A DNA stretch of 64,000 bases from Candidatus Saccharimonadota bacterium (GCA_017431725.1 JAFRKN010000003.1:25912-89911), one strand, 5' to 3'; positions 28,935-39,107 are shown, counted from the stretch's first letter. Notes: generated from the letters alone by a model not told the origin. Translations and numbers: made by a program.

Positions 28935-29144
28935 TTAACGTTTCTTTTCTTTTACTTCGTTTCGTCCCAAATTCTTTTTCGTTTCAACAAAAAGTACGTG
29001 TTTTCTTAGGACTGGATCATATTTTTTTAACGAAAGTTTATCCGGAGTGTTCATCGTGTTTTTCTTGGTATAATAAGCACGTACTCCAGATTCTTCTGAA
29101 ACCAAACCAACTAACTTTCTTTTAGTATTATTCTTCTTTGCCAT
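28935..29144 (-). CDS. rpmG: 50S ribosomal protein L33
   Basis: [31 protein letters not shown]; start reassigned to ATG 29144. Confidence 0.93.
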   Translation of the reverse strand: MAKKNNTKRKLVGLVSEESGVRAYYTKKNTMNTPDKLSLKKYDPVLRKHVLFVETKKNLGRNEVKEKKR

Positions 29145-29239
29145 AATTAAAAAGATTATATCATATAACTCTTCAAAAAACAATATTGAAGTATAAAAAA
29201 ATGGCAAGCTCTCTCGTCTTGCCATTTTTTGATTGGTAT

Positions 29240-29422
29240 TTAAGGTAATTTACCACTGCCCTTGCAATAAGGACATTTTATACGATAAACATCGTAACCA
29301 GTTCCATTGCAGTGATAGCATTTTTTAGCTCGATAGCCTAAGCCGCACTCAGCCCTATGACGATCACGTTCTTGTTCAGTCAGAAACGGCCGACCACAAC
29401 GATCGCAAGTATAAACTACCAA
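29240..29422 (-). CDS. 60-aa double zinc-finger microprotein
   Basis: CDRC-x12-H-x3-C plus two CxxCxGxG repeats; TTG start after GGGGGTG SD; own terminator at ~29197-29231. Confidence 0.7.
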   Translation of the reverse strand: MVVYTCDRCGRPFLTEQERDRHRAECGLGYRAKKCYHCNGTGYDVYRIKCPYCKGSGKLP

Positions 29423-29484
29423 TCAAAACACCCCCTTCTTAATAAAGTTCATTAAAATCAGAATTTTAATCGTTTGATATTTTA

Positions 29485-32400
29485 CTAAAATGTTTTATTT
29501 TTTGCAAGCAAGAGCTCAATAAACTTCTTGATATCTTTTACTCCAAATTTTTCATTTGGTGCGATGAACATATCTGGATCATCTATAAAATTCAAAGAAT
29601 AAACATTTTGATAAACCGCTCGCATTAATTGCTTTAGTTTAGTTTCTTCTTCTTCGGTAAATTCATAAATTTTATCATGCACCTCGCCGTCATAATCCGG
29701 GGTTACGAACAAAATGTGTGCCTTCTCAACCTTATATTTTTTATACTGCGTCGAATGATTTAGCAACAACTTATAAAAGCCTAGTTGCAACATATATTTA
29801 TATAGTGAAGCGTGAGATTCCCATTTTTCCTTATGGTAGCCCGCCGTTTTAAAATCATATATTTCAATAGTTTTTCTCTTTTCATCAATTATTATATGGT
29901 CAATTTTTCCGGTAACTGGTACGCCGTCTATTACAATCTTTTCGGCGCCAAAATCAACTTCAGCTTTGCCTTGTCTTAAAATATCTTTAAATTTTTTCAG
30001 GGAAGCTATTAAACTATTCGGCCCCTTTTCCCTAATGGCCTGTTTTATTTCTACAGATAAATCTTCCTTATCTAATTTAGAATTAAATAATTTTAGAGCT
30101 TCTTCATCCGAAATATTTTTCTTAGTCACTGTCTCAAACACTTCATGCACTAAATCTCCAAATGCCAAAGATTCAGTCTTTGGTTCGCGTGGAGCTTGGA
30201 GCACATACGATTTAAAGAAAGCTTGCGGCCCCGCGTAAACAATGTCAACAAAAGAACTTAGTGCCGTAGCTGACATCCGCCACTTCTCCACTCTATTTTT
30301 ATAGATTTCTCTTAAATCCGGTGTATAACCGGTAAAAACGGACAGCCAATTTTTTAAATTTTGCTGTCTTTTTTCTAAAGTAGCTGTATCATAAAGACAA
30401 TTAACTTTTTTAGTAGGCAAAAATGGCGAGATTACTTCATCATTTTCAACGTATTCATTAAAATATTCTAGTCTTTCAGGAGATTTATCATTAAAATCAC
30501 GTAAAGAATTAGTAATATAAAGAGCTTTTTTCGCTCGCGTCAATGCGACATAAAGAACTCTTAATTTTTCTCCGTCCGTTATTCCTGTATGTCTAATTTG
30601 AATCAAATTTTTTGGCAAACTCAAAAGATTGTTATTGCCTTTTCCTTTCCCCCAAGCCATATGGTCCGCCGAAATAATAAAGACATAAGAAAATTCTAGC
30701 CCCTTTGCTTTATGCGCAGAAAGCACCGAAACCGCATCTTCTGATTCTCGATACGGCGAAGAAATATTCAGTGGCATTTCTGCAGCCAAATAATCATCTA
30801 ACATTTCAATTAAATCTGCTAAGCGTAGAGGTTTTTCACAAAAATGTTTTGTAATTTTACCACGCAAAGCCGCCAAACTCTCATAAAAGGTAAATATTTC
30901 ATATTCATCGTGGTTTTCTGTGACATAATATTCTAAAAGGGGAGATCTGTAGCCATTTAGCTCACTTGTCCCAATAATATAATCTAGCATCGTATCTAGC
31001 GGTTCTAGGAAAGATTTTGCGGCTAAATCTGCCAAAAATTTTATTACTTCAACTATTTTGGGGTTTTCCGCTTCCGACAAAACTTCAAGCGCCGTCCTAT
31101 GCTCTGATTTTGCTCGCCCCACTAAATTTAAAATTTCCAACGTTGATAATTTAAAGAAAGGATAAGACAAAATTTCTAAAATCTGAACGCTAGGTTTCTT
31201 TTCGTTAGCTATTTCATCAACAAATCTTGCAATTGTAAGAATCTCATGAATTTTTTCATCATCAAACAAGTTATCTTTTTTTTCGTAGGCTATCCTAATT
31301 TTTTGGTGCGCTTTCAAAAAAGGTAGCAGCGGCTCAAAATATTTAGTTTTATAAGAAATCACTGCTATCTCACTTTGTTTTACTCCATTAGTGATTAATT
31401 TTACAATTTCATCTGCAACAAAACCATATTCCGCATCCGAAGAAATAAACTCATAACGATTGACTTGGGAAACTTTTGGATTTTTATTGTGCGCTATTAG
31501 TTCCTTATCTGCAAATCTATCTGGTGCCTGTTTGATAATTTCATGCGAGAAATCAAGAATTTCTTGCGTGCTACGATAATTTTCAACTAATGGTATGACA
31601 TTGGCAGAATAATGTTTTTGAAAATCCGTTAGATTAGAAGCTAAGGCTCCCTGAAATTCATAAATTGCCTGGTCATCATCGCCAACTGCCATAACCATTG
31701 GATTTTCGTAGTTGGTCAATTCCTTCACAATGGCAAATTGCGAGGGGTTTGTATCCTGAAATTCGTCTAGCATAATAAATTGGTAGCGTTCCTGCAAAGT
31801 CATTCTAAACCCATCGTCATCTTTCAAAATCTTCACCGCCTCTTCAATCATGTCATTAAAATCATATAACCCATTTTCTTTTAAATATTGGTCATAGTTT
31901 GACATTATCCCAGCTAAACTCAAAAGTTTTTTATTTGCTACTCGATCCTTCAACCGATAATTATTGGCCTTATCTTTTTCAAAATATTTATCTTTCCAGT
32001 CACTCAAAGGCTTAATTTTTTCAGTTTCAGAAGCCAAAAGAATTGCTTCCTTTAAATCCCTCGCTAGGCCCGCAATCGAACGCTCGATTGTTCCTAAAAT
32101 TGGCTTTAAATTGCCATATTCTTTTAGCGTTTCGTAAATTGGCATATAAGCATTATCATATGACTCACGAAATTTATACGGTACAACATTTTTTAAGAGT
32201 GGCGAGATAGCTTCTGATAAAACCTTTGAATCTTCAATATTTTTTTCTGCAATTTTGAATAAATCTTTAGCCGAAAGATTAGCTGCCTTTGCTTCACTAA
32301 TCACCCCCATAATATCTTTTACGCTATCACCTTTTAAAATGTCTGTAGCGGGAAGATTATCTTGAAGCTTTTTGATAATTTTATATTGAATTACTTCATT

Positions 32401-32727
32401 TATTGGCTGATCGAGCTTTCGGTCATAATCTTCAGAGTAATTTTTATATTGCGCTAAAATTTCCGAGCCAAACGCATGGTATGTTCCGATATTAACCTTT
32501 AAAGCATCATTACCAATAATCGACTTAAGCCGTTCGCGCATATTTTTGGCACCAGTTTCTGTAAAAGTTAAGCACAAAATATTTTCTGGGTTTGTATCCA
32601 AATTTTCTAAAATGTAAGCAACTTTATGGCTTAAAAGCTGCGTCTTACCAGTACCTGGCCCTGCCAAAACCAAAAGAGGCCCCCCGAGATATTCTACTGC
32701 CTCTTTCTGTTTTTGGTTCAGGCCCAT
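29485..32727 (-). CDS. UvrD/PcrA-family helicase with C-terminal PD-(D/E)xK nuclease
   Basis: AGPGTGKT, LDEFQD, VGDDDQAIY, ENYRS, YVALTRA; C-terminal GKIDH...YDFKT. Confidence 0.92.
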   Translation of the reverse strand: MGLNQKQKEAVEYLGGPLLVLAGPGTGKTQLLSHKVAYILENLDTNPENILCLTFTETGAKNMRERLKSIIGNDALKVNIGTYHAFGSEILAQYKNYSEDYDRKLDQPINEVIQYKIIKKLQDNLPATDILKGDSVKDIMGVISEAKAANLSAKDLFKIAEKNIEDSKVLSEAISPLLKNVVPYKFRESYDNAYMPIYETLKEYGNLKPILGTIERSIAGLARDLKEAILLASETEKIKPLSDWKDKYFEKDKANNYRLKDRVANKKLLSLAGIMSNYDQYLKENGLYDFNDMIEEAVKILKDDDGFRMTLQERYQFIMLDEFQDTNPSQFAIVKELTNYENPMVMAVGDDDQAIYEFQGALASNLTDFQKHYSANVIPLVENYRSTQEILDFSHEIIKQAPDRFADKELIAHNKNPKVSQVNRYEFISSDAEYGFVADEIVKLITNGVKQSEIAVISYKTKYFEPLLPFLKAHQKIRIAYEKKDNLFDDEKIHEILTIARFVDEIANEKKPSVQILEILSYPFFKLSTLEILNLVGRAKSEHRTALEVLSEAENPKIVEVIKFLADLAAKSFLEPLDTMLDYIIGTSELNGYRSPLLEYYVTENHDEYEIFTFYESLAALRGKITKHFCEKPLRLADLIEMLDDYLAAEMPLNISSPYRESEDAVSVLSAHKAKGLEFSYVFIISADHMAWGKGKGNNNLLSLPKNLIQIRHTGITDGEKLRVLYVALTRAKKALYITNSLRDFNDKSPERLEYFNEYVENDEVISPFLPTKKVNCLYDTATLEKRQQNLKNWLSVFTGYTPDLREIYKNRVEKWRMSATALSSFVDIVYAGPQAFFKSYVLQAPREPKTESLAFGDLVHEVFETVTKKNISDEEALKLFNSKLDKEDLSVEIKQAIREKGPNSLIASLKKFKDILRQGKAEVDFGAEKIVIDGVPVTGKIDHIIIDEKRKTIEIYDFKTAGYHKEKWESHASLYKYMLQLGFYKLLLNHSTQYKKYKVEKAHILFVTPDYDGEVHDKIYEFTEEEETKLKQLMRAVYQNVYSLNFIDDPDMFIAPNEKFGVKDIKKFIELLLAKNKTF

Positions 32728-33497
32728 TTATCACTTCTCTCAATCAAATTTAATAAAAGTGACACGTTTTCAGGTATAACAATCTCTCCACGCTTAATTT
32801 TTTTTAGAGCTGATATCCCTTCTACGGTTTTTTCTGGTTGATAATCAGGATTATCTTTTAATTTATCGCCAAATTCAAAATTACGCGACGGATAGGCGCA
32901 AGTAATTTTTAAATCTCCCTTACCACAAACTAAATCTACTGTTTCTGGCTTCGCCCCATTAGCTTTTAAAATTAATTTCATCTCATTTTCGACATCACTC
33001 AAAAATTTTCGGTGCTCTTTTGTCCCCGTTTTTAGCCCCAACAAACCAGCCAATATTGCGTAAACATTTTTTAAAGCTCCGCACATCAAAACACCTTTTT
33101 CATCATCTGTCGTATCAAAAGTCAAATAATCAGTCCCAAACATCTTGAGAATTCTTTCGTCAGTCGCGGTTAATTTGGTCTTTTTATGCGCTTTTATATC
33201 GACTGCAAAACCCGGCCCAGACAGAATCATATAATCTTTAAAATCTTTAAAAGTATCAACAGACAAAATACCTTTTGTCGCAATAATTAGAGGCTTCTTT
33301 TTTGGCAAATGTGGTAAAAGATATGGTACAGATTTTGAAGGCACCGCCAAAAGAATCATTTGCGCAGTCGCCAAAACTTCTTGCAAAGGTTCATTCATGA
33401 TTTTTGAGTCATAATAATCCACGTCATACCCATTATCGGTTAAAATACTTCCTAGTGCTGTCCCAAATGCCCCCGCTCCTAAAATCGCTATTTTCAT
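32718..33497 (-). CDS. gpsA: NAD(P)H-dependent glycerol-3-phosphate dehydrogenase
   Basis: GAGAFGTAL, ATKG, LSGP, GALKNVYAI, GDLKITC, SRNFEFG, TVEG. Confidence 0.88.
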   Translation of the reverse strand: MKIAILGAGAFGTALGSILTDNGYDVDYYDSKIMNEPLQEVLATAQMILLAVPSKSVPYLLPHLPKKKPLIIATKGILSVDTFKDFKDYMILSGPGFAVDIKAHKKTKLTATDERILKMFGTDYLTFDTTDDEKGVLMCGALKNVYAILAGLLGLKTGTKEHRKFLSDVENEMKLILKANGAKPETVDLVCGKGDLKITCAYPSRNFEFGDKLKDNPDYQPEKTVEGISALKKIKRGEIVIPENVSLLLNLIERSDKWA

Positions 33498-33532
33498 TTT
33501 TGTTATCCGATTAAATAAAAAAATAATATTGA

Positions 33533-33676
33533 AAGTAGGACTCGCTCGAAATAGTAGCGACAACCGATGCCCTGCTTTTTAATACACTTTCGCAAGAAAG
33601 TGGTGCTGGAAGTAGGACTCGATTCGAATGAAGTGAGAACCGATGTCCTGCTTTTTAATGCACTTTCGCAAGAAAG
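33533..33676 (-). repeat. Exact 22-nt and partial 12-nt copies of the tRNA-Tyr 3' end separated by near-duplicate motif units
   Basis: TGGTGCTGGAAGTAGGACTCGA at 33601-33622 equals 33677-33698; AAGTAGGACTCG at 33533-33544. Both units contain AACCGATG(T/C)CCTGCTTTTTAAT(G/A)CACTTTCGCAAGAAAG. Confidence 0.95.
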
Positions 33677-33761
33677 TGGTGCTGGAAGTAGGACTCGAAC
33701 CTACGAAGCCCGAAGGCGAGAGATTTACAGTCTCTTGTCATTGCCACTAGACGATTCCAGC
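33677..33761 (-). tRNA. tRNA-Tyr(GTA)
   Basis: GCTGGAA/TTCCAGC acceptor, AGAGA-CTGTAAA-TCTCT anticodon arm, long variable arm, encoded CCA. Confidence 0.97.
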
Positions 33762-33827
33762 TCACTCATAATTATATGGGATTTCCACAAAAAAATCAAC
33801 TTTATTAAGCATCTTCTGATTTTTAAA

Positions 33828-34631
33828 CTAAATCCGTTTTCGGCCGACATGTTGTTTTATAATACGAGGCAAGGGCTTTTTTTCGACGGATTTATTTATT
33901 TTTGTAGGAGTTTGCTTTTTTGGCTCCACATCAGTTTTTGATTTATTTTTTTTGGATACATTCAAAATTGACTTTCTAGCATTAGACAGAGTCTTTTTTC
34001 TTTTTAGTTCATTGTCTCGCACAATTTGTTCTTCGATTCGTGCTGCCGTTGCCGTCACAGCTTCCTCGTCTCCGCTTTCTTCATAAATCGATAAAATCAG
34101 CCTTAGTGTTGCAATTTTTGGATCAAGCTCATAGGCGTTTTCCAAAGCTTTGATTGCTTTCTTGGTGTGACCCAACTTTTCTTCTGCTTTAGAAAGCGCA
34201 ATATAGCGAGAAGGAACATCACCTTCTAGCTCAATTGCCTGTTCAAACGCCATTGCAGCTTTTTCATAAGCTCCAGTCTCTAAATATATCAAACCGGCGT
34301 TATGAATTGAAGCCGAATTACTGTCAAGAGATTGAGCAATTTCAAAACATTCCACCGCTTCGTCGTATTTTTTGCCTTTGGCATACAAAATACCCAATCT
34401 ATTATAAGCTGCGGCATTTTTTTCATCAAATTTTAAAATCGTCAGCAAGGCCTTTTCTGCCTTAAAAGGTTTTCTTTCTTTCATTGAAGTTTGTGCAATC
34501 TGCCAAAGTTTTTTCATTTGGGCAGTGTATTTAGGAGATTTAATTTCCCTCTCTTTTTCTTTTTTGGATTCTAACGGGAAAAAGAAAGAAAGATAAATGA
34601 CAAAAAACAAAATAGCTAAAACAGCAATCAT
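33828..34631 (-). CDS. Membrane-anchored TPR-repeat protein
   Basis: N-terminal TM; AAAYNRLGILY, HNAGLIYLETGAYEKA TPR patterns. Confidence 0.85.
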   Translation of the reverse strand: MIAVLAILFFVIYLSFFFPLESKKEKEREIKSPKYTAQMKKLWQIAQTSMKERKPFKAEKALLTILKFDEKNAAAYNRLGILYAKGKKYDEAVECFEIAQSLDSNSASIHNAGLIYLETGAYEKAAMAFEQAIELEGDVPSRYIALSKAEEKLGHTKKAIKALENAYELDPKIATLRLILSIYEESGDEEAVTATAARIEEQIVRDNELKRKKTLSNARKSILNVSKKNKSKTDVEPKKQTPTKINKSVEKKPLPRIIKQHVGRKRI

Positions 34632-34669
34632 ATTTAAATATTATAATAATGCGGTAGATAAATCAACCT

Positions 34670-35332
34670 TCAAATTAAATCTGCCACTAGATGAAGCTTA
34701 ATATGCCCATTATTTTCAATATTCTCATATAATTTTAGAAATTTAGGTATTTTTTTCAAAAAAACAGGTTTATTAGTAATAAAATACGATTTATAAAGCA
34801 TTTCAATCGCCGCTCCTACAACAGCAAGAGCGTAAGCCCGCACCCCGTCTTTCTTTTTTACTATTTGCTCAGCTACGTCTATCAGATCAGCTGGCTTTGC
34901 TATCATGATTTTTTTTGCTAAAGTTTTAATATTTTCATCCGCTCCAATCTCTTTGTCTATGTCAGACTTTTCTTTCATAAAATACATTGCCGTTCGGCTC
35001 AAAATTGTCGGCAATAATTTTGACGGAGCGTCCGTAATCAAAATATAATGAATTTTTTCTTTTGGTTCTTCTAAACTCTTTAAAAGCGCATTTGCTGCAA
35101 TTTCGTTTAAAAGATCCGCTGGACGTATAATCACGAAACTATCTTCTAATTGGCGCATGCTAATTTTACTCATTAAATCTCGTATTTGCTCAATCGTGAT
35201 AGAGGTCTTCGTTTCTGGGCTTATCACCAGAGCTTTTTTCATATTAAAAACTACTTCTTTTGGCATCACAAAAACTGCTGAATCAGTTTTTAGAGCAATC
35301 TTGGCTATTTCATCAATATTATTAAAAAACAC
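34670..35332 (-). CDS. DNA polymerase III delta-prime-like (HolB-like) protein
   Basis: ITIEQIRDL, AANALLKSLEEP, LLPTILSR; GTG start inferred at 35332. Confidence 0.7.
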   Translation of the reverse strand: MFFNNIDEIAKIALKTDSAVFVMPKEVVFNMKKALVISPETKTSITIEQIRDLMSKISMRQLEDSFVIIRPADLLNEIAANALLKSLEEPKEKIHYILITDAPSKLLPTILSRTAMYFMKEKSDIDKEIGADENIKTLAKKIMIAKPADLIDVAEQIVKKKDGVRAYALAVVGAAIEMLYKSYFITNKPVFLKKIPKFLKLYENIENNGHIKLHLVADLI

Positions 35333-36203
35333 TCTCAAACTCCTTTGGCAAAGTAGCCTCAAAAGTTGCCTTTTTCCCTCCTGGCAAAATAATTTCTAAT
35401 TTTTTAGCATGCAAATAAAGTCGAGGAGCGGCTTTCTTTTCCCCATAAACCGTATCACCCAAAATCGGATAACCTAAATATTTCATATGCACACGCAATT
35501 GATGAGTTCTACCTGTCGTTGGGCTTAGCTCCACCAAAGTATATTTATTATTTGATTTAATAACTTTATAAAAAGTTTCCGATTCTTTGCCATTTGGATC
35601 CACCCTAAATGTGGTCGGTCTCTTTAAATCTCTGGCAAGTGGCAAATCAATTCTGGCCTCATTTAGCTTTGGTCGCCCTTCAATGATAGCATAATAAACT
35701 TTATGTGCACTTCGATTCTGAAATTGCTTCTTTAAAAACATTTGCGCTTCTGAATTTTTTGCAAGTATGATTACGCCAGAAGTGTCTCTATCCAGTCTAT
35801 GGACCAACAGGCCATACTTTTCCAAAGTATTTTCCGGACAATACTGTCCCCTCGCCATCGACAAAAGCCCCGCCGGTTTGTTTAGAACAATCACATTTTC
35901 GTCCTCATAAATAGTCTCAGGAGTCAAATCTGCATTTTTCATAATCTTAGGTATTTTTAAATCTATTTTTACCCCACGCGTAAATTTCCGATTAGGCTTA
36001 TCTACTAATTTTCCATCTACCATCACAAAACCATATTCTATAAATTTTTGCAAAGTCGAACGATTATAACTTTTAAAAATTTCTGCCATCAAAATATCAA
36101 GTCGCACTTTTTCTTTAATTTCTTCCGTTTTATCTATTATAATATCGCCATTTATTACACGCGACATCTCTGGCTTACTAAATTTTTTCCCCGTCCTAAT
36201 CAT
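35322..36203 (-). CDS. RluA/RluD-family pseudouridine synthase
   Basis: S4-like N-terminus, LNKPAGL, HRLDRDTSG, TGRTHQLRVH, GDTVYG. Confidence 0.95.
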   Translation of the reverse strand: MIRTGKKFSKPEMSRVINGDIIIDKTEEIKEKVRLDILMAEIFKSYNRSTLQKFIEYGFVMVDGKLVDKPNRKFTRGVKIDLKIPKIMKNADLTPETIYEDENVIVLNKPAGLLSMARGQYCPENTLEKYGLLVHRLDRDTSGVIILAKNSEAQMFLKKQFQNRSAHKVYYAIIEGRPKLNEARIDLPLARDLKRPTTFRVDPNGKESETFYKVIKSNNKYTLVELSPTTGRTHQLRVHMKYLGYPILGDTVYGEKKAAPRLYLHAKKLEIILPGGKKATFEATLPKEFESVF

Positions 36204-36247
36204 ATCCCTTCATTATATCACACTTATGTTAATTTGTCAAATTATCT

Positions 36248-37258
36248 CTAGCGAAGCCCGAAAGCTTTTTGTACTTCTAATAATTTTTCGTTTGCTACAG
36301 TATTTGCATACACCTCCCCCATTTTTAATAAATGCAAGACTTCCTCATCTAAAATATTTGATGACTTTTCTTGAAAATCCGTCAGCATTTCTAAGACACT
36401 TTTTGCGACCTTTTCTTTTAATTTGCCATAACTGGTTTCGCCTGCCCATGCGGATACTACATCCTGCAGTGGGATGTCGTTTACTAATGCTTCAATCTGT
36501 AGTAAATTTGAAATACCTGGCTGATTAAACATATCAAACTTTACTTTACCCAGTGAATCAGTCGTTGCCGACATAATTTTTTTAGCTGCCCTTTCTGGCT
36601 CGTCACTAAGCATAATCTTAGAATTTTCTGCTTTTGTCGATTTGGACATTTTCTTTTCGGGGTTCAATAAATCACGAATTCTAATTCCATCCGTAACTCC
36701 CATAAATTTTACCTGGTCTGCTGTTTTAGCTGGAATGGTGAATATTTCACCAAAACGATTATTAAACCGCATCGCTAAATTACGCGTTAATTCTATATGT
36801 TGGAACTGATCCTCCCCCAAAGGAATATAAGTAGCATCATATAATAAAATATCCGCTGCCATTAAAATTGGATAATCAAAAATCCCGACATTTGAAGATT
36901 CCTGCCCCTTAGATTTTTCTTTATATTGGATCATCCGCGAAGTTTCGCCCATCGTTGCAATGCAATTTAAAATCCAACAAAGTTCCGAATGAGCCGGCAC
37001 ATAAGATTGACGATAAATATGAACATTGTCGTTTATTTTTAATCCTGCCGCCAAATAATATTTTATTGTTTTAATGGTATTTTCTTGTAAATTTCCGTCT
37101 ATTTCCGAAATAATTGAATGAAGATCTGGCACAAAAATATTTACTTGATATTCCGAAGAATGTTTATTTGCCAACCTTACCATAGGGAGAAGCGCCCCCA
37201 AATAATTACCCAATGTTAATTCTGAATTTGCCCTAATCCCAGTTAAAATCGTTTTCAT
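36248..37258 (-). CDS. trpS: Tryptophanyl-tRNA synthetase
   Basis: TLGNYLGA (HIGH-like), YPILMAADIL, GEDQFQH, KMSKS. Confidence 0.97.
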   Translation of the reverse strand: MKTILTGIRANSELTLGNYLGALLPMVRLANKHSSEYQVNIFVPDLHSIISEIDGNLQENTIKTIKYYLAAGLKINDNVHIYRQSYVPAHSELCWILNCIATMGETSRMIQYKEKSKGQESSNVGIFDYPILMAADILLYDATYIPLGEDQFQHIELTRNLAMRFNNRFGEIFTIPAKTADQVKFMGVTDGIRIRDLLNPEKKMSKSTKAENSKIMLSDEPERAAKKIMSATTDSLGKVKFDMFNQPGISNLLQIEALVNDIPLQDVVSAWAGETSYGKLKEKVAKSVLEMLTDFQEKSSNILDEEVLHLLKMGEVYANTVANEKLLEVQKAFGLR

Positions 37259-37298
37259 ACTTTTATTCTAGCACACATTATGCTAAAATAAAATTATC

Positions 37299-37375
37299 GG
37301 GGCGTTAGCTCAGCTGATTAGAGCGCTACTATGGCATAGTAGAGGTCATGAGTTTGAATCTCATACGCTCCACCA
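37299..37375 (+). tRNA. tRNA-Ala(GGC)
   Basis: GGGGCGT/ACGCTCC acceptor with G3:U70, CTACT-ATGGCAT-AGTAG anticodon arm, encoded CCA. The D-loop has GA instead of GG and the T-loop has TTTGA instead of TTCGA, consistent with a compensatory A19-U56 pair. Confidence 0.93.
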
Positions 37376-37441
37376 AAAATGAAAAGCCAAGAATTTATTC
37401 TTGGGTTTTTATTTTTTAGGAGTGGCCTGAGATTACTTCGT

Positions 37442-37460
37442 AATCTCATACGCTCCACCA
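37442..37460 (+). repeat. 19-nt duplicate of the tRNA-Ala(GGC) 3' end
   Basis: AATCTCATACGCTCCACCA at 37357-37375 and 37442-37460. Confidence 0.92.
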
Positions 37461-37533
37461 AAGTAGGAGCCGAACAAAAAGAGAGTTGCACTCTCTTTTT
37501 TGAGGCGACGCCCTTTGGTCTTTAAGACCATTT

Positions 37534-38154
37534 TTATATTGCATCTGCAAACAACACTAATCGATGCGAAGCATCGCCATTTCCATAAGAAATTCCGTAA
37601 CAGGTCATCAAAGCAATATTATATTGCGCCCCATCAAAATTCGCATTTGCAACCGATTTCATATAGCTTCCTTCTCCATTCATTTGTAAACGACCATTTG
37701 TCGTATTTTTTTCAAAAATCACTACTCTTTTTACCTGATAATTCGTTGAAAGACCATCAAGTGTAAGTGTAAAACTACTCCCCACCCCCAAATTTACTAA
37801 ACCACCAAAGACCACACTCGTATTATGCCCATACAAAAATCTATCACCGTATTTGTTTACATGATTACCAGAATCGACCGCTGTATTCGCCACATTAACA
37901 ACCGCCAAATTTCTTCCAGCAATCGCAATAGAATTTGCCGGCGCCACTGATACAACGGGCACAACCTGAGTATTAGCAGTAGTAACCGTCTGAACTCCAT
38001 TAGTTTTAGCAACTGGCCTTTCAATTTCAACAGTATTGACAGCATGAAATTCTGGTTGCCTTATTATAAATGAATCGTCTGCTGTCAAAAAATTAGGTGT
38101 GTTTATAACCCCAATTAAACTTAAAAACAGTAACAAAAAAAGGCGTTTCGCCAT
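37534..38154 (-). CDS. Sortase-like secreted protein
   Basis: Signal/TM, LYGHN, ALMTC, HRLVL; promoter TTGACA-17-TATAAT upstream. Confidence 0.65.
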   Translation of the reverse strand: MAKRLFLLLFLSLIGVINTPNFLTADDSFIIRQPEFHAVNTVEIERPVAKTNGVQTVTTANTQVVPVVSVAPANSIAIAGRNLAVVNVANTAVDSGNHVNKYGDRFLYGHNTSVVFGGLVNLGVGSSFTLTLDGLSTNYQVKRVVIFEKNTTNGRLQMNGEGSYMKSVANANFDGAQYNIALMTCYGISYGNGDASHRLVLFADAI

Positions 38155-38270
38155 CTTAATCTCCCATTTATGACCAAATTATACCCTAATTATAGCACAC
38201 TTTGCTAAAATTGTCAAGATATAGTAGACTAGTTAAAGAGGGTGGCGAACTTTGAAAGGAGGTGTTTTTA

Positions 38271-39107
38271 TTGTATGAAGTCGAAGAATTGAAGAGAGAA
38301 TATGAACGTATAATTGAACAGGAGAGGATATTATTTGGCCTTTCTGAATCATATATCCCTCTTAGTAGTGAGGAAGCCTATAATACCACGTATCAAATCC
38401 TTGAAATTGCATCGTCTGCACTAGTTTCACGCGGGTATAATCGTATTTATAATATCACAGAAGAAAATGTTACTTACGAATCTGTTTCCGCTCACACTAA
38501 TCTTGGCATCGCTTTAATCGATCGATTTTGGATGTTTATCTATGGTCCAGACGTTTTTAAGACTGTAGATGGGTATTCTTATCGAGAAGTAATGGAGGCA
38601 TTCCGCCGTCATGACTTACCAGAAAATATCATTGGCGACATTCCAGATAATGGTAGCCGTGATGATTCTAGAAAGGCTATCGCAGAACAAGATTACTGGC
38701 AGAGTTTTAGCGAATGTTCTCCAAAACGTGAAGACAAATCAGAGAAAAAAATTGCTGAACTTCTTGAGGATATGGAAAAACGTAAAACCAGAACCGGAAA
38801 TATGTTATATGCAGCCGACAAAATTTCTGCAATCATCATTACGCTTTGTTACGATTATCACGGTATTTCTCCGCAAAAATCAAAGCATGGACCTGAGAAT
38901 TCGACTAGAGATTTAAAGGCAATGACACTTTGCGATTTTTGTGAACAAGATATGTGTAAAGCAAGCGAAATGTGGACTATCGACTATTTAAAACTACGCA
39001 AAATTGTGAAATTCGACCAATACGGCTATTTTACATCAATAATGGTTATGTTGACTTTAATAGTCAATCAAAAATGGTATAACTGGCGAGAAAAAGACTA
39101 CCAATAA
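38271..39107 (+). CDS. HD-domain phosphohydrolase (YfbR/5'-deoxynucleotidase-like)
   Basis: ESVSAH, RHDLPE..IGDIP, AADK. TTG start inferred after AGGAGG; the ORF-track GTG at 38262 lies inside the SD. Confidence 0.65.
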   Translation: MYEVEELKREYERIIEQERILFGLSESYIPLSSEEAYNTTYQILEIASSALVSRGYNRIYNITEENVTYESVSAHTNLGIALIDRFWMFIYGPDVFKTVDGYSYREVMEAFRRHDLPENIIGDIPDNGSRDDSRKAIAEQDYWQSFSECSPKREDKSEKKIAELLEDMEKRKTRTGNMLYAADKISAIIITLCYDYHGISPQKSKHGPENSTRDLKAMTLCDFCEQDMCKASEMWTIDYLKLRKIVKFDQYGYFTSIMVMLTLIVNQKWYNWREKDYQ

